From contig CAYNIJ010000005.1 of assembly GCA_964397415.1 (NCBI GenBank), positions 110,580 to 174,579 of the forward strand: a stretch of DNA of 64,000 nt, read 5' to 3'. The notes beneath the pieces were generated by a model. The model saw nothing but the letters and a program-made list of their open reading frames with translations. It did no database searches and was not told the DNA's origin. Each line of letters begins with the position of its first letter. The first letter of the stretch is position 1. The position numbers and the translations under genes are program-made. Of the stretch, positions 63,898 to 64,000 are shown in pieces. Origin of the DNA: an uncultured Ignavibacteriales bacterium (GTDB lineage: Bacteria; Zixibacteria; MSB-5A5; GN15; FEB-12).

Positions 63898-64000
63898 ATG
63901 CGTCAGTTGATCACACTCGCGCTCGTGGTCTGTCTGGCCGGTTCGCTTTTGGCCGCGGCTGCGCAACAACAGCCCGCCATCTCCCGGCTCGACAACCTTT
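63898..64000 (+). CDS. Secreted protein, N-terminal fragment (runs off the window end)
   Basis: AAGAGGA RBS, then ATG at 63898 reading MRQLITLALVVCLAGSLLAAAAQQQP..., a signal peptide. Confidence 0.5.
   Translation, partial: MRQLITLALVVCLAGSLLAAAAQQQPAISRLDNL

Overview
This is a moderately GC-rich bacterial window that looks like an uncultivated-lineage genome. Two secreted proteins end in T9SS-type C-terminal sorting domains, which hints at an FCB-group affinity (inference only). I annotate about 50 protein genes, one tRNA-Gln(CUG), and a set of hand-found promoters, terminators and intergenic repeats.

Gene blocks, in order:
- S41 peptidase, MarR-GNAT fusion, serine hydrolase, ettA, yihY.
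- A minus-strand aromatic amino-acid operon (aroH-aroF-tyrA-aminotransferase).
- A T9SS 5'-nucleotidase, a PAS/LuxR regulator carrying an in-frame stop, and an ABC-2 exporter.
- An acetate-channel family gene and typA.
- A 14-blade propeller protein with dockerin-like modules.
- A 10-gene pentose-phosphate operon (rpe-pgi-tkt-gnd-zwf-opcA-ybjQ-pgl-glk-thiN).
- queG.
- A NuoE/NuoF-like operon whose third gene is a 1247-aa fusion of 2Fe-2S, GltD and a degenerate formate-dehydrogenase-like domain.
- rocD, a lone PD-(D/E)xK nuclease in a low-GC islet, htrA, a cohesin/dockerin/T9SS protein, pyk, and a photolyase-DinB pair.

Most interesting signals not explained by the ORF track:
1. A hidden 36-codon Tyr-rich (YYYY) leader peptide with terminator and antiterminator upstream of the aro operon.
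2. The Bfu/Stn-like putative electron-bifurcating operon, in which the formate-dehydrogenase-like module has lost its catalytic residues.
3. A modular family of intergenic palindromic repeats (CCACCATTTATGGTGG; GTCATTGCGAG...CGAAGCAACC; GGCAG..CTGCC hairpins).
4. The standalone nuclease islet.

All coordinates of small features were counted by hand. All family assignments come from reading the translations, not from database searches.
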